This document shows, piece by piece, positions 9,470 to 17,446 of a stretch of DNA of 32,240 nt; position 1 is the stretch's first letter, and each line of letters begins with the position of its first letter. The notes below the pieces were generated by a model that was given only the letters and a program-made list of their open reading frames with translations, did no database searches and was not told the DNA's origin. Source of the stretch: Thermoplasmatota archaeon. GTDB taxonomy: Archaea > Thermoplasmatota > Penumbrarchaeia > Penumbrarchaeales > Penumbrarchaeaceae. The stretch is from positions 1 to 32,240 of the forward strand of contig JBLIRF010000003.1 of NCBI GenBank assembly GCA_049472175.1, in the 5' to 3' direction. The position numbers were made by a program, and so were the translations under genes.

Positions 9470-10273
9470 ATGGACAGATCTGGCCTGACGGGTTCGAAGG
9501 GAACGAAAAAGAGTGAAGGGCAAGCCCGTCTGGGAGCCATTCTCGTCTGGTCGAGCATCTGCGCTCTCATTCTATCCCTTGCGGTCCTCTTCTCATTCGC
9601 GATAGTGGACGCAGGCCGGGAGCTTACGGAGGACGACTTCCAATACTCGGGCCCCGGTACATGGTCCTCCGAGATACATGTTGACGGTCTCGGCACTATT
9701 ACCGGTTCGGTCAGGAGCCATGACAATGATTTCAGTAATCTCAGGATCACTGTCACCATCTATGACCCGTCAGGGGATGTCGAGGAAGAATACGACCAGA
9801 GGACCCCGGTGATCATATCCATCCAGGTGTTCGACCCAGGAACATACAGGATAGAGATAGAGATAAAGGACCAGGAAAGGTCCATCGAGAACCTCGACAT
9901 ATCGATCTCCTCGACCGGCATGGACATAATCCTGGTCTGCTGCGGTGCCATGGGGGCAGGCCTCGTCTTCCTGGCACTGTTCGTGACCGGATTCGTACTC
10001 CTCATGGTATCGATCTTTACAAGGAATAGGGAGCTGCGTCCGCCAAGACCCAGGTTCATGTATGGATATCCCCCACCCTACAAGAACGATCAGTACGGAT
10101 CTGATCCTCGCTTCGGCCCCCGGTTCGTTCAACCATATGACGAAACATACCAGGAAAAACCCCAAGCGAACCAGGGTATGGTCTGCAAGGGTGAGTTGTA
10201 TGACGGATACGACGACCCTCCACGGAGCCAAAAAAGGCCGGAGGACGAAAATGAGGGGGTGAGGCCATGGTGA
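9470..10273 (+). CDS. Two-TM membrane protein with extracytoplasmic beta-sandwich domain and Pro/Tyr/Gln-rich C-terminal tail
   Basis: TM1 LGAILVWSSICALILSLAVLFSFAIV; beta-rich region (ITVTIYDPSG...PGTYRIEIEI); TM2 IILVCCGAMGAGLVFLALFVTGFVLLMVSIF; tail RPPRPRFMYGYPPPY. Start moved from 9344 to ATG 9470 because the upstream part overlaps the AT-rich divergent promoter. Confidence 0.75.
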   Translation: MDRSGLTGSKGTKKSEGQARLGAILVWSSICALILSLAVLFSFAIVDAGRELTEDDFQYSGPGTWSSEIHVDGLGTITGSVRSHDNDFSNLRITVTIYDPSGDVEEEYDQRTPVIISIQVFDPGTYRIEIEIKDQERSIENLDISISSTGMDIILVCCGAMGAGLVFLALFVTGFVLLMVSIFTRNRELRPPRPRFMYGYPPPYKNDQYGSDPRFGPRFVQPYDETYQEKPQANQGMVCKGELYDGYDDPPRSQKRPEDENEGVRPW

Positions 10274-11157
10274 ACCCCCTCCTCGGGACCTTCTACGGTA
10301 TCCTGGCAGCGGTTCTTCCCGTGATCTCGCTTATGGCCTGGACGTTCATATTCGCATTCTTCTTCCCGTATACAAGAAGGGAATTCAGGAAGGTGGTCCT
10401 CTTCAAGGGAACGGACAGGACCCTGCGATATATCATGATCGGAATGACCCCGATATTCTTCATGGCAGCGTCCATGGTCTCCGCAGGCCTTTCGATAATG
10501 ATGGAGGCCTTCTTCATGGTCTTCATCTTCCTATTTGACAGCTCGATGTCGGCATCCTCCCAGATACTGAGCCTGATGTCGGCCGGGCCCATCGAGGAGA
10601 CCATGAAACTTCTGACGGCAGGCCTCATATACATGACCATATACCTTATCTGGAGGAAAGCCCCAAAGAGCAGGCAGCTCGAGGTGAAGCGGGACCCGGT
10701 AAAGGACGGAATGATCATTGGATGCTTCGCAGGGGCCGCCTTCGGATTTTTGGAATCCATCCTCTATCTGTTCTCGAACTTCACCGTCCTGGCCGTACAG
10801 GGACCATCCTTCGGCTCTATCGACCCCATTCTGTGGAGGTTCGTCTTGGGTGTAATGGTCCATGCCCTCTATACTGGGATAGCCTCGGCAGGGCTCGGAA
10901 GAAGGACAATAACAGGAAAAGTGATCTACTCCTTCGTTTTCTTGACAGCATCCGTGGTACTTCACGCTCTCAATAACGGGATCCAGGGGTATATCATACT
11001 GGTCCTTGAAATGGACAACCCCACAGGATGGCTGATATCCGACGCACTGCAGACCCTTCTCATCCTGATCGGGATCACCATCTTCATCCTGGCATGGAAG
11101 ACATCCGACAGATCCTCTCCGAGGCCGCAAAATGATTTTATTCCAGGAAATTCGTAG
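10267..11157 (+). CDS. prsW: PrsW-family glutamic-type intramembrane protease
   Basis: Multi-pass hydrophobic protein with the four family motifs: GPIEETMK (EExxK), GAAFGFLES (FxxxE), VHALYTG and LHALNN. Overlaps the upstream gene by 7 nt. Confidence 0.88.
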   Translation: MVNPLLGTFYGILAAVLPVISLMAWTFIFAFFFPYTRREFRKVVLFKGTDRTLRYIMIGMTPIFFMAASMVSAGLSIMMEAFFMVFIFLFDSSMSASSQILSLMSAGPIEETMKLLTAGLIYMTIYLIWRKAPKSRQLEVKRDPVKDGMIIGCFAGAAFGFLESILYLFSNFTVLAVQGPSFGSIDPILWRFVLGVMVHALYTGIASAGLGRRTITGKVIYSFVFLTASVVLHALNNGIQGYIILVLEMDNPTGWLISDALQTLLILIGITIFILAWKTSDRSSPRPQNDFIPGNS

Positions 11158-11164
11158 GGAGCAC

Positions 11165-14128
11165 ATGGAAACCGGCAGTTGGATGATAACTGCAGTTGCG
11201 CTGGTCCTGTTGTTGCTCTGCACCGTAAAGATCGATCTCCATGCTGCTGGATCTGATCTCCCCCTGTTGCAGGAGGACAATGACCCCCCGACAGTGACCA
11301 ACATTTATCTATCCGGCAATGTGACGACCGGTGACCCCGTGAGCATATACGTGCTCCTTTCCGACAACGTCAACGTCAGCTCGGTCTGGCTCGTCCACAA
11401 CTGGACCGTTCCTCGACCCTCGAGCTGGAAGAACGTCTCGATGACGGGAACATCCAACAATTTTTCGGCAGCGGTCGTTAACCCTGCCAATTCCACTGAC
11501 CCTCTATGGTTCAGGATAGAGGCGAACGACACCTCCGACAACTGGCTGGTGACCCCGTGGTACTCGAGATCGGTCGTGGACAACGATCCTCCGACCTTTC
11601 TTTACGATATTTCTTCCGCGAATGCGACCACGGGTGATCCATTCACTTTTTCGGCAGTCATGGACGACAACATCGGAATAATGAACGTGAGTGTGAACAT
11701 CACCTACAACTTTCACAGGATCTACATCTACAACATGTCAGGGTCAGGCAACTCCCGGCAGCTGCAACTGGTCCTGCCTTCAGATGCAAGGGGAACCCTT
11801 CACTACTGGTACTTCTTCAAGGATGCCGCCGAAAATGCCTTTGAAAGCCCTCTCTTCAACAGGAGCGTCATTGACAACGATCCCCCCGTCTTCCTGGAGG
11901 ACCTGACGAAAGGCCCGGCAACCACGGGAGAGTTCTTCGAACTCGGGTTCGTTGCTGTGGACAACTGGGAGATCGATAAGGCCTGGGTGAAGTACGAGAT
12001 GATAGGCCTTTCCGATTCAGGCCCCGCGAACTATTCGCTTGGACGCCTTGGCAACAACTTCACCCATGTCATAAAAATTCCAATCAACTGGGCCGGTGTG
12101 ATGAACTACAGCTCCTTCTTCATGGACGGATCCGGCAACATGGTAAAGGGCGGCAATGCATCCATCGAATCCCTGGACAATGACCCTCCAGGACTTTCCG
12201 AGGACCTCACGATGAGGATCGGAACCACCGGGGAGAACCTGACTTTCTCGATAAGACCAAAGGACAATATCGGCACGCAGCAGGTCCTCATCCATTACAA
12301 CATCTTTGGAAAGGGGTATTCAAGCTCGTCGATGCACCGTATGGAGGATGGGCAGCTGTTCAACTACACCATGAGAGCGGCTGACCATGAGGAGGGGGCC
12401 ATCGATTACTACATGACCTTGGAGGACGGGGGTGGTAACCGTTTCATAACCGAGCCGCGGCAGGTGAATATCTTCGACAACGATCCGCCCTACATGATCT
12501 ACGAGAATTCGGACAGCTTCGCCAGCACCGGTGAGATCTTCACTTTCAGGGCGGCATTCCGGGACAATATCGGAATGGACTATGTGGAATTGGATTATTC
12601 TTTCCCTGGAGAAAAGGAAAAGATCAGACTCACAATGGTCGAGGAGCTCAGCAAGGGAGGCATCTATGAAACTTACATTAACATTCCCGCAGAAACCATA
12701 GGCAACATCTCATTTCGCTATATTGCACGCGATGGTAGGTCCAACGCTTTCTATTCCGATCCCTATCAGGTGGAGATCGTTGATGTGATAATTCCCGAGA
12801 TCATTGGAGTGAAGTTCTTCGACAACAGAACATGGGAGATCTCTGAGCGATTGACGACCGGTGATGTGTACATCATGGAGATAGAGGTCAGGGACAACCT
12901 GGAGACCACGGAAGTGGAATATCGCTACTGGTTGCAGGATAGTTGGTTTGATGTTGAAGGCTCCACGAGTAAGGGACCCAGGTTCGATACCACGAGGATG
13001 TACTATATCTGGATCGAGATGCCATCAAACCTCACGGGCGAATTGAGATATGAGATCACCGTGATCGACAGATCAAGCGCATCGATCGTCACATCGAGCG
13101 GTTCGATCCCGGCGATCGACGACGACCCGCCTACGATATGGGGTCTAAAATTCAACGATCCCATCCCCCTTGTCGGTAGACTCGAGTTGGAATTCAAGGC
13201 ATGGGACAACATAGGGATCAAAGAGGCTTTGGTATACTTCCAATACAACGATACATACATGCGGACGGAACATATGGAGGACCACATCTACAGGCTCGTA
13301 GTGGAATATTCACTGAAGACCATGGAAGGACTCCGGCTGAGGGTGACGGTCTCGGATGGAAATACCGAGACAGTCGTCCCCCTGCTCATCAAAATCACCG
13401 ATAATCTGCCTCCCCAGGTGGTGGTGAGCCTGACGGAAAAGAGCAGTTATCCAGACGATTCCCCGATACAGGTGATCGTGAATGTTTTCGAACATAGCGG
13501 ATGGAACGTCACGAGCATCAGCATCGTGAAGGGAACGGAAGGTTTCGAGATCATGGACTATGAACTGTACCACGATGTGATCACGTTCTCCTTCTTCCCT
13601 CCAGAACCGGGAACATGGGTATTCCAGCTTATGATCGAGGACAACAACGGCCTATTTACCTACATGAGGAGGAACTTCACGATATATGACCACACTCCCC
13701 CGTATTTCCAGGTGGACCATCCTGAAAAGGCTTTAAAGGGTAACCTTGTGAACCTTTCCGTTACCAATATTTCCGATTATTCTGAGATCATGTGGGTCCA
13801 GTGGACCATATATGGTCCTGAAGGTGAGATATTCACCTATCAGGGTTCTCTGTTCATAGAGTTCAGGCCAAGGTCTGCGGGTTCGTACAAGGTCACCGTA
13901 TCCCTGAGGGACCAGAACGGTAATGAGAGGGAAAGGGGCTTCTGGTTCCAGGTGGAGGATAAAGACGGGACGAGCAGGGACCTGGGGCTCTCCTGCCTCG
14001 CCGTTATATTGGTCATAATGACCGTGCTGATTGGCCTCGGGGTCCTGTTCCTCACCTTCAGGGAAAACATGACAGGAACCTGGGACAGGATCACATCGGC
14101 AATGGCCCCTGGAAAGGACCGGAAATGA
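11165..14128 (+). CDS. Surface protein of ~9 tandem Ig-like 'DNDPP' modules with signal peptide and C-terminal TM
   Basis: Signal peptide METGSWMITAVALVLLLLC (ATG 11165, 7 nt after the prsW stop). Repeated DNDPP-x~12-TTGD/E-x-F-x-F...DNIG...D-x-x-G/DN units, a last PKD-like unit (WTIYGP...AGSYKVTVSLRD..GN), and TM CLAVILVIMTVLIGLGVLFLTF. Confidence 0.85.
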   Translation: METGSWMITAVALVLLLLCTVKIDLHAAGSDLPLLQEDNDPPTVTNIYLSGNVTTGDPVSIYVLLSDNVNVSSVWLVHNWTVPRPSSWKNVSMTGTSNNFSAAVVNPANSTDPLWFRIEANDTSDNWLVTPWYSRSVVDNDPPTFLYDISSANATTGDPFTFSAVMDDNIGIMNVSVNITYNFHRIYIYNMSGSGNSRQLQLVLPSDARGTLHYWYFFKDAAENAFESPLFNRSVIDNDPPVFLEDLTKGPATTGEFFELGFVAVDNWEIDKAWVKYEMIGLSDSGPANYSLGRLGNNFTHVIKIPINWAGVMNYSSFFMDGSGNMVKGGNASIESLDNDPPGLSEDLTMRIGTTGENLTFSIRPKDNIGTQQVLIHYNIFGKGYSSSSMHRMEDGQLFNYTMRAADHEEGAIDYYMTLEDGGGNRFITEPRQVNIFDNDPPYMIYENSDSFASTGEIFTFRAAFRDNIGMDYVELDYSFPGEKEKIRLTMVEELSKGGIYETYINIPAETIGNISFRYIARDGRSNAFYSDPYQVEIVDVIIPEIIGVKFFDNRTWEISERLTTGDVYIMEIEVRDNLETTEVEYRYWLQDSWFDVEGSTSKGPRFDTTRMYYIWIEMPSNLTGELRYEITVIDRSSASIVTSSGSIPAIDDDPPTIWGLKFNDPIPLVGRLELEFKAWDNIGIKEALVYFQYNDTYMRTEHMEDHIYRLVVEYSLKTMEGLRLRVTVSDGNTETVVPLLIKITDNLPPQVVVSLTEKSSYPDDSPIQVIVNVFEHSGWNVTSISIVKGTEGFEIMDYELYHDVITFSFFPPEPGTWVFQLMIEDNNGLFTYMRRNFTIYDHTPPYFQVDHPEKALKGNLVNLSVTNISDYSEIMWVQWTIYGPEGEIFTYQGSLFIEFRPRSAGSYKVTVSLRDQNGNERERGFWFQVEDKDGTSRDLGLSCLAVILVIMTVLIGLGVLFLTFRENMTGTWDRITSAMAPGKDRK

Positions 14129-14142
14129 TCTTGAGAAGGGAG

Positions 14143-15942
14143 TCATCGCTTCCTCTTGACCCTTTTGAGCTCGTTTCCTCTGACACGTTTCAGGTAACCG
14201 AGGTCTATCGCCTGCTGGAACCTGTCAAGTTCCGAAAAGGCTATGGTAATTTTGTCTCCGGCCCTGTATCTGGTCTTGGTCCTCCAGTCCGTGAACTTTG
14301 ATACGACGCTGTAGACCTCTGCCTGTTCCACGAGCGAATCCAGGTCCCGCTGTCCTATCGCTTTTGAATAGTTCCCGTTATATGTCCTCAGGACACCGTC
14401 CTTGACGAAACCTATCTTGTTGCACAGATGGTCCAGAAGATATCGGTCATGGGTCACCATGACGATCGCTCCCCTGTAGATGTCGAGAGCTTTCTCAACC
14501 GCCGTTCTCGATCTGATGTCCAGGTAGTTGGTGGGCTCGTCCAGGATCAGGAGGTTCCTCCTGCTTGCTGTAAGGTGTGCAAGCGCGACCCTTGCCCTTT
14601 CTCCCCCCGATAATGTCGAAATCTTCCTCTCCACGTCCTGACCTCTGAGCTCAAACCTCGAAAGCTGCCTCCTCGCTAGACCCTTGTTATCCCTTCCCAG
14701 GTCCTCCATTAATTGCTCCTCCGCGGTCAGTTCGGGATCGAGATCATCATGACCCTGTGCAAAGTATCCAACCCTTGCACCAGGGGCCACCCACAGATCA
14801 CCCCTGGTCTTCAGCCTCCCCATGATCCCGAGGATGAGGGTCGTTTTGCCCGACCCGTTCGGGCCAAAGATCCCGAGCTTGTCCCCCAGCTCCACATCGA
14901 GTTCCCCCTCCCTAATCACGGCTTTCCCCTCCCTGAGCACCATCAGGTCCGATGCCATGATGAGGTTCTTGCCTGCAGCCCCTTTCTCCCTCAGAACTAT
15001 ATCCAGCTCGGTGCGCCTGGCCGGACCTTCCATATCCCCCTTTCCCTCGGCGGCCTTGATCCTTGCCTTCGATGTTGGGATGTACTTCCATTTCCTCTTC
15101 TGCTCATCGATAACGCGGGCCTGTCTCTCCTTCTCGATCATTCTCCTCCTTGCTTCTTTTGAAAGCCTTTCATACTCGATATCGGTCTTCATCAGGAAAT
15201 CGGAGAAGTTCCCATCATACTTCCTCGTCCTGCCCTCCCTGATCTCGATGATCCCCGTAACCACATTGTCAAGAAAGTATCGGTCGTGGGATATCACGAC
15301 CATGGCGCAGTCCAATTCCAGAAGGTAGTCCTCGAGCCATTCGATGGTCTCTATATCCAGATGGCTGGTCGGTTCGTCAAGGAAGAGAATGTCCACATCC
15401 TTTACCTGAACGAGCACCCTGGCAAGCATGACCTTGGTCCTCTCACCACCGCTGAGCTGATCAAGGGTCTTGCCCAGGACCTCCGCTTCCAGTCCCACCT
15501 CCTCCAGGGCCCCTTCGGAGAACGATGAAAAATAATGTCCCCTGGAATGGCTGAACTCCTCCTGAAGGGTGGAGTACTCCTCTCCGATGGCCGTCCAGTC
15601 AACATCATTCCTCGAATGATCGGTCATGATCCCCTCGAGCTCGGATATCCTTCTCGACAGCCTCGATATCTGTCCGTAGGGAGCCCCGAGGATATCCTTG
15701 ATCCTGTGGTCCGGCCTAAGCTCAGGGAACTGTGGAAGATATCCCAACTTCTCCGTCCTTGCCTTCAACTCGCCTGAATCGGGTCTGAGCTCGCCCATGA
15801 GCATCCTGATCAGGGTTGTCTTCCCGGACCCGTTGTCCCCCACGAGCCCGATGCGGTCCTTCTCGTTGATCTCAAGGGTGGCGGACCTGATCACGTCCTT
15901 CCCTCCGAAGGATCGTGTCAGCCCCTCGGCGCGCAAGAGCAT
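14143..15942 (-). CDS. ABC-F family ATP-binding protein (ribosome-associated, no TM domain)
   Basis: Two NBDs (GDNGSGKT / LSGGE / FLDEPTSHLD / ISHDRYFLD and GPNGSGKT / LSGGE / ILDEPTNYLD / VTHDRY). Helical arm insertion in NBD1, charged inter-ABC linker after Y.GNFS.F, no TM segments, no adjacent permease. TATA-like ATTTAAG ~22 nt upstream suggests a leaderless mRNA. Confidence 0.92.
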   Translation of the reverse strand: MLLRAEGLTRSFGGKDVIRSATLEINEKDRIGLVGDNGSGKTTLIRMLMGELRPDSGELKARTEKLGYLPQFPELRPDHRIKDILGAPYGQISRLSRRISELEGIMTDHSRNDVDWTAIGEEYSTLQEEFSHSRGHYFSSFSEGALEEVGLEAEVLGKTLDQLSGGERTKVMLARVLVQVKDVDILFLDEPTSHLDIETIEWLEDYLLELDCAMVVISHDRYFLDNVVTGIIEIREGRTRKYDGNFSDFLMKTDIEYERLSKEARRRMIEKERQARVIDEQKRKWKYIPTSKARIKAAEGKGDMEGPARRTELDIVLREKGAAGKNLIMASDLMVLREGKAVIREGELDVELGDKLGIFGPNGSGKTTLILGIMGRLKTRGDLWVAPGARVGYFAQGHDDLDPELTAEEQLMEDLGRDNKGLARRQLSRFELRGQDVERKISTLSGGERARVALAHLTASRRNLLILDEPTNYLDIRSRTAVEKALDIYRGAIVMVTHDRYLLDHLCNKIGFVKDGVLRTYNGNYSKAIGQRDLDSLVEQAEVYSVVSKFTDWRTKTRYRAGDKITIAFSELDRFQQAIDLGYLKRVRGNELKRVKRKR

Positions 15943-16041
15943 GCACCTGGTATCGATGATCGGCTTAAATCGTTATTGCCCATGGGTCATTGACCAGAAA
16001 TGTCTGATTAGTAATATGCTTCCGACCCCTCGATATGACCT

Positions 16042-16057
16042 GGAAAAACCTTTAATC
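16042..16057 (+). promoter_or_regulatory. BRE/TATA-like promoter for the GNAT gene
   Basis: GGAAAAAC-CTTTAATC lies ~25 nt upstream of GTG 16079, consistent with a leaderless archaeal transcript. Confidence 0.45.
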
Positions 16058-16078
16058 CATATGGGATGCTATTCCATC

Positions 16079-16630
16079 GTGAACATCCAGGCTCTGGAAA
16101 CGGAAAGACTCCTTCTCTTCCCCATATGCAGGGATGATATGGGGGAATTGCTCCGTGGTAAAAAAATGAGAATCTCCGGATATCAATGTCACGAAGAATG
16201 GCCTGGCGATGAATTATTGGAAGCACTCCCAGTCATGATGAACGACCTTCAGGACGACCCTTCATCTCTGGGATGGCACGCATGGGCAATGGTCGAGAAA
16301 CGTTCATCCACCATCATCGGGGACGCGGGTTTCAAAGGTTCCCCCGACTGTCATGGATCGGTTAAGCTCGGATACTCCGTCGTTGAGCCTTTTCGAAGAA
16401 AAGGATATGCAAAGGAAGCTCTACGGATCCTTGCATGTTCGGCTCTTGAAACAGGGGAAATTTCAGGGATGATCGCTGAGATCGACACCAACAATCTGCC
16501 CTCGAAAAAGCTCCTAATCTCCCTAGGCTGGGAACAGAAAGAAGGACATGAAGGTTTCGATGTCTGGGCGCTCGAGCGGACCGATATCTATGATCAAGAT
16601 GAAAAGAAGCGGAAGATCATCGAGAAATGA
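16079..16630 (+). CDS. GNAT N-acetyltransferase, RimJ/RimL-like
   Basis: LETERLLLFP N-terminus, IIGDAGFKGSPD..G.V.LGY.V...FRRKGYAKEA (acetyl-CoA-binding motif A), N.PS.KLL..LG. The first ~125 aa of ORF 15698 are antisense to ABC-F and spurious. Start is GTG 16079 or ATG 16061. Confidence 0.88.
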   Translation: MNIQALETERLLLFPICRDDMGELLRGKKMRISGYQCHEEWPGDELLEALPVMMNDLQDDPSSLGWHAWAMVEKRSSTIIGDAGFKGSPDCHGSVKLGYSVVEPFRRKGYAKEALRILACSALETGEISGMIAEIDTNNLPSKKLLISLGWEQKEGHEGFDVWALERTDIYDQDEKKRKIIEK

Positions 16631-16637
16631 AATAACA

Positions 16638-16662
16638 GCGGGAGGCCTTGTGATCCTCCCGC
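16638..16662. terminator. GC-rich hairpin just after the GNAT stop (terminator-like)
   Basis: Perfect 8-bp stem GCGGGAGG / CCTCCCGC with a 9-nt loop. On the minus strand it is followed by TGTTATTT. Confidence 0.5.
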
Positions 16663-16830
16663 GACGACGGAGCAAACAATGGAAGGATGGATGCTTGCCT
16701 GAAAGGATCTGAAACCACTCGACTCCGTCTGTAACGATGATAACAGATGGAGCATATATAACAAGTATTGTAACCATTTTGTCAATGTATAATACCTTTT
16801 TGGGCGTTCTTCACGGGGATCCCATTCAAT

Positions 16831-16860
16831 TCCTTTTCATGATATATAAAATGAAAAGGA
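16831..16860. promoter_or_regulatory. Perfect 10-bp inverted repeat enclosing a TATA-like spacer
   Basis: TCCTTTTCAT-GATATATAAA-ATGAAAAGGA. Confidence 0.5.
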
Positions 16861-16948
16861 TACAAAATACGAGATATCCTGAAAGTATCTCACGGTCCGA
16901 TGAGATGGACCACGTTGATCGGACAGAACGCCTTCTCGGACCGGGACC

Positions 16949-17446
16949 TCATCTCTTCTTAATGAGTATGACGACCCCTATCATGCCGAAGATCATTAGG
17001 GCACCAGCGAGCATGACACCGCCACAGATACCATCGCTGTCTTCCTCTATGACGTTTACATAATATTCAATATCAATCTCGGACCATGAGTCAGAGCGGG
17101 CAACGAAGTACCACATCTGCTGGTATGGGATCGTTGTCGTTGCTTCGCGCTGCCTAACCTGGTACTGGACATCCCATCCGACGAATGTCTCCAAATCGGA
17201 TGTGAAAGCTGCATAATTTGTGGAATCCATAAAGGCGAGATTGACAGATTCATCCTGGGTAGTGACCCTTATTCCGTATTCGATCTCCGTTCCCTGGTCC
17301 AGTGTTCCGATCTCAAAGTAAAGCCACTGGTCCACATAGAGATGTTTTGCCTCCCAGTTGGGAGCAGCATCCGTATCTTCCGGTATCAGAGCAACGATCC
17401 CGGTGCAGAGCATAATTCCGATAAGTATCAACGGTAACGGCCTCAT
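16949..17446 (-). CDS. Small secreted protein with beta-sandwich domain and C-terminal GICG-TM-KKR anchor
   Basis: Signal peptide MRPLPLILIGIMLCTGIVALIPEDTDA (ATG 17446), beta-rich core, C-terminus EEDSDGICGGVMLAGALMIFGMIGVVILIKKR. Confidence 0.75.
   Translation of the reverse strand: MRPLPLILIGIMLCTGIVALIPEDTDAAPNWEAKHLYVDQWLYFEIGTLDQGTEIEYGIRVTTQDESVNLAFMDSTNYAAFTSDLETFVGWDVQYQVRQREATTTIPYQQMWYFVARSDSWSEIDIEYYVNVIEEDSDGICGGVMLAGALMIFGMIGVVILIKKR

Noticed and set aside
15698-16078. N-terminal extension of the GNAT ORF
   Set aside because: It overlaps ABC-F antisense and the divergent promoter. The GNAT fold begins at about LETERL.
16631-16948. Possible integron attC site, replication origin (ORB) or small ORFs (16523-16777, 16594-16785, 16737-17063)
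   Set aside because: No properly paired RYYYAAC/GTTRRRY ends, no integrase, no ORB consensus or cdc6 nearby. The ORFs overlap real genes and lack coding features.
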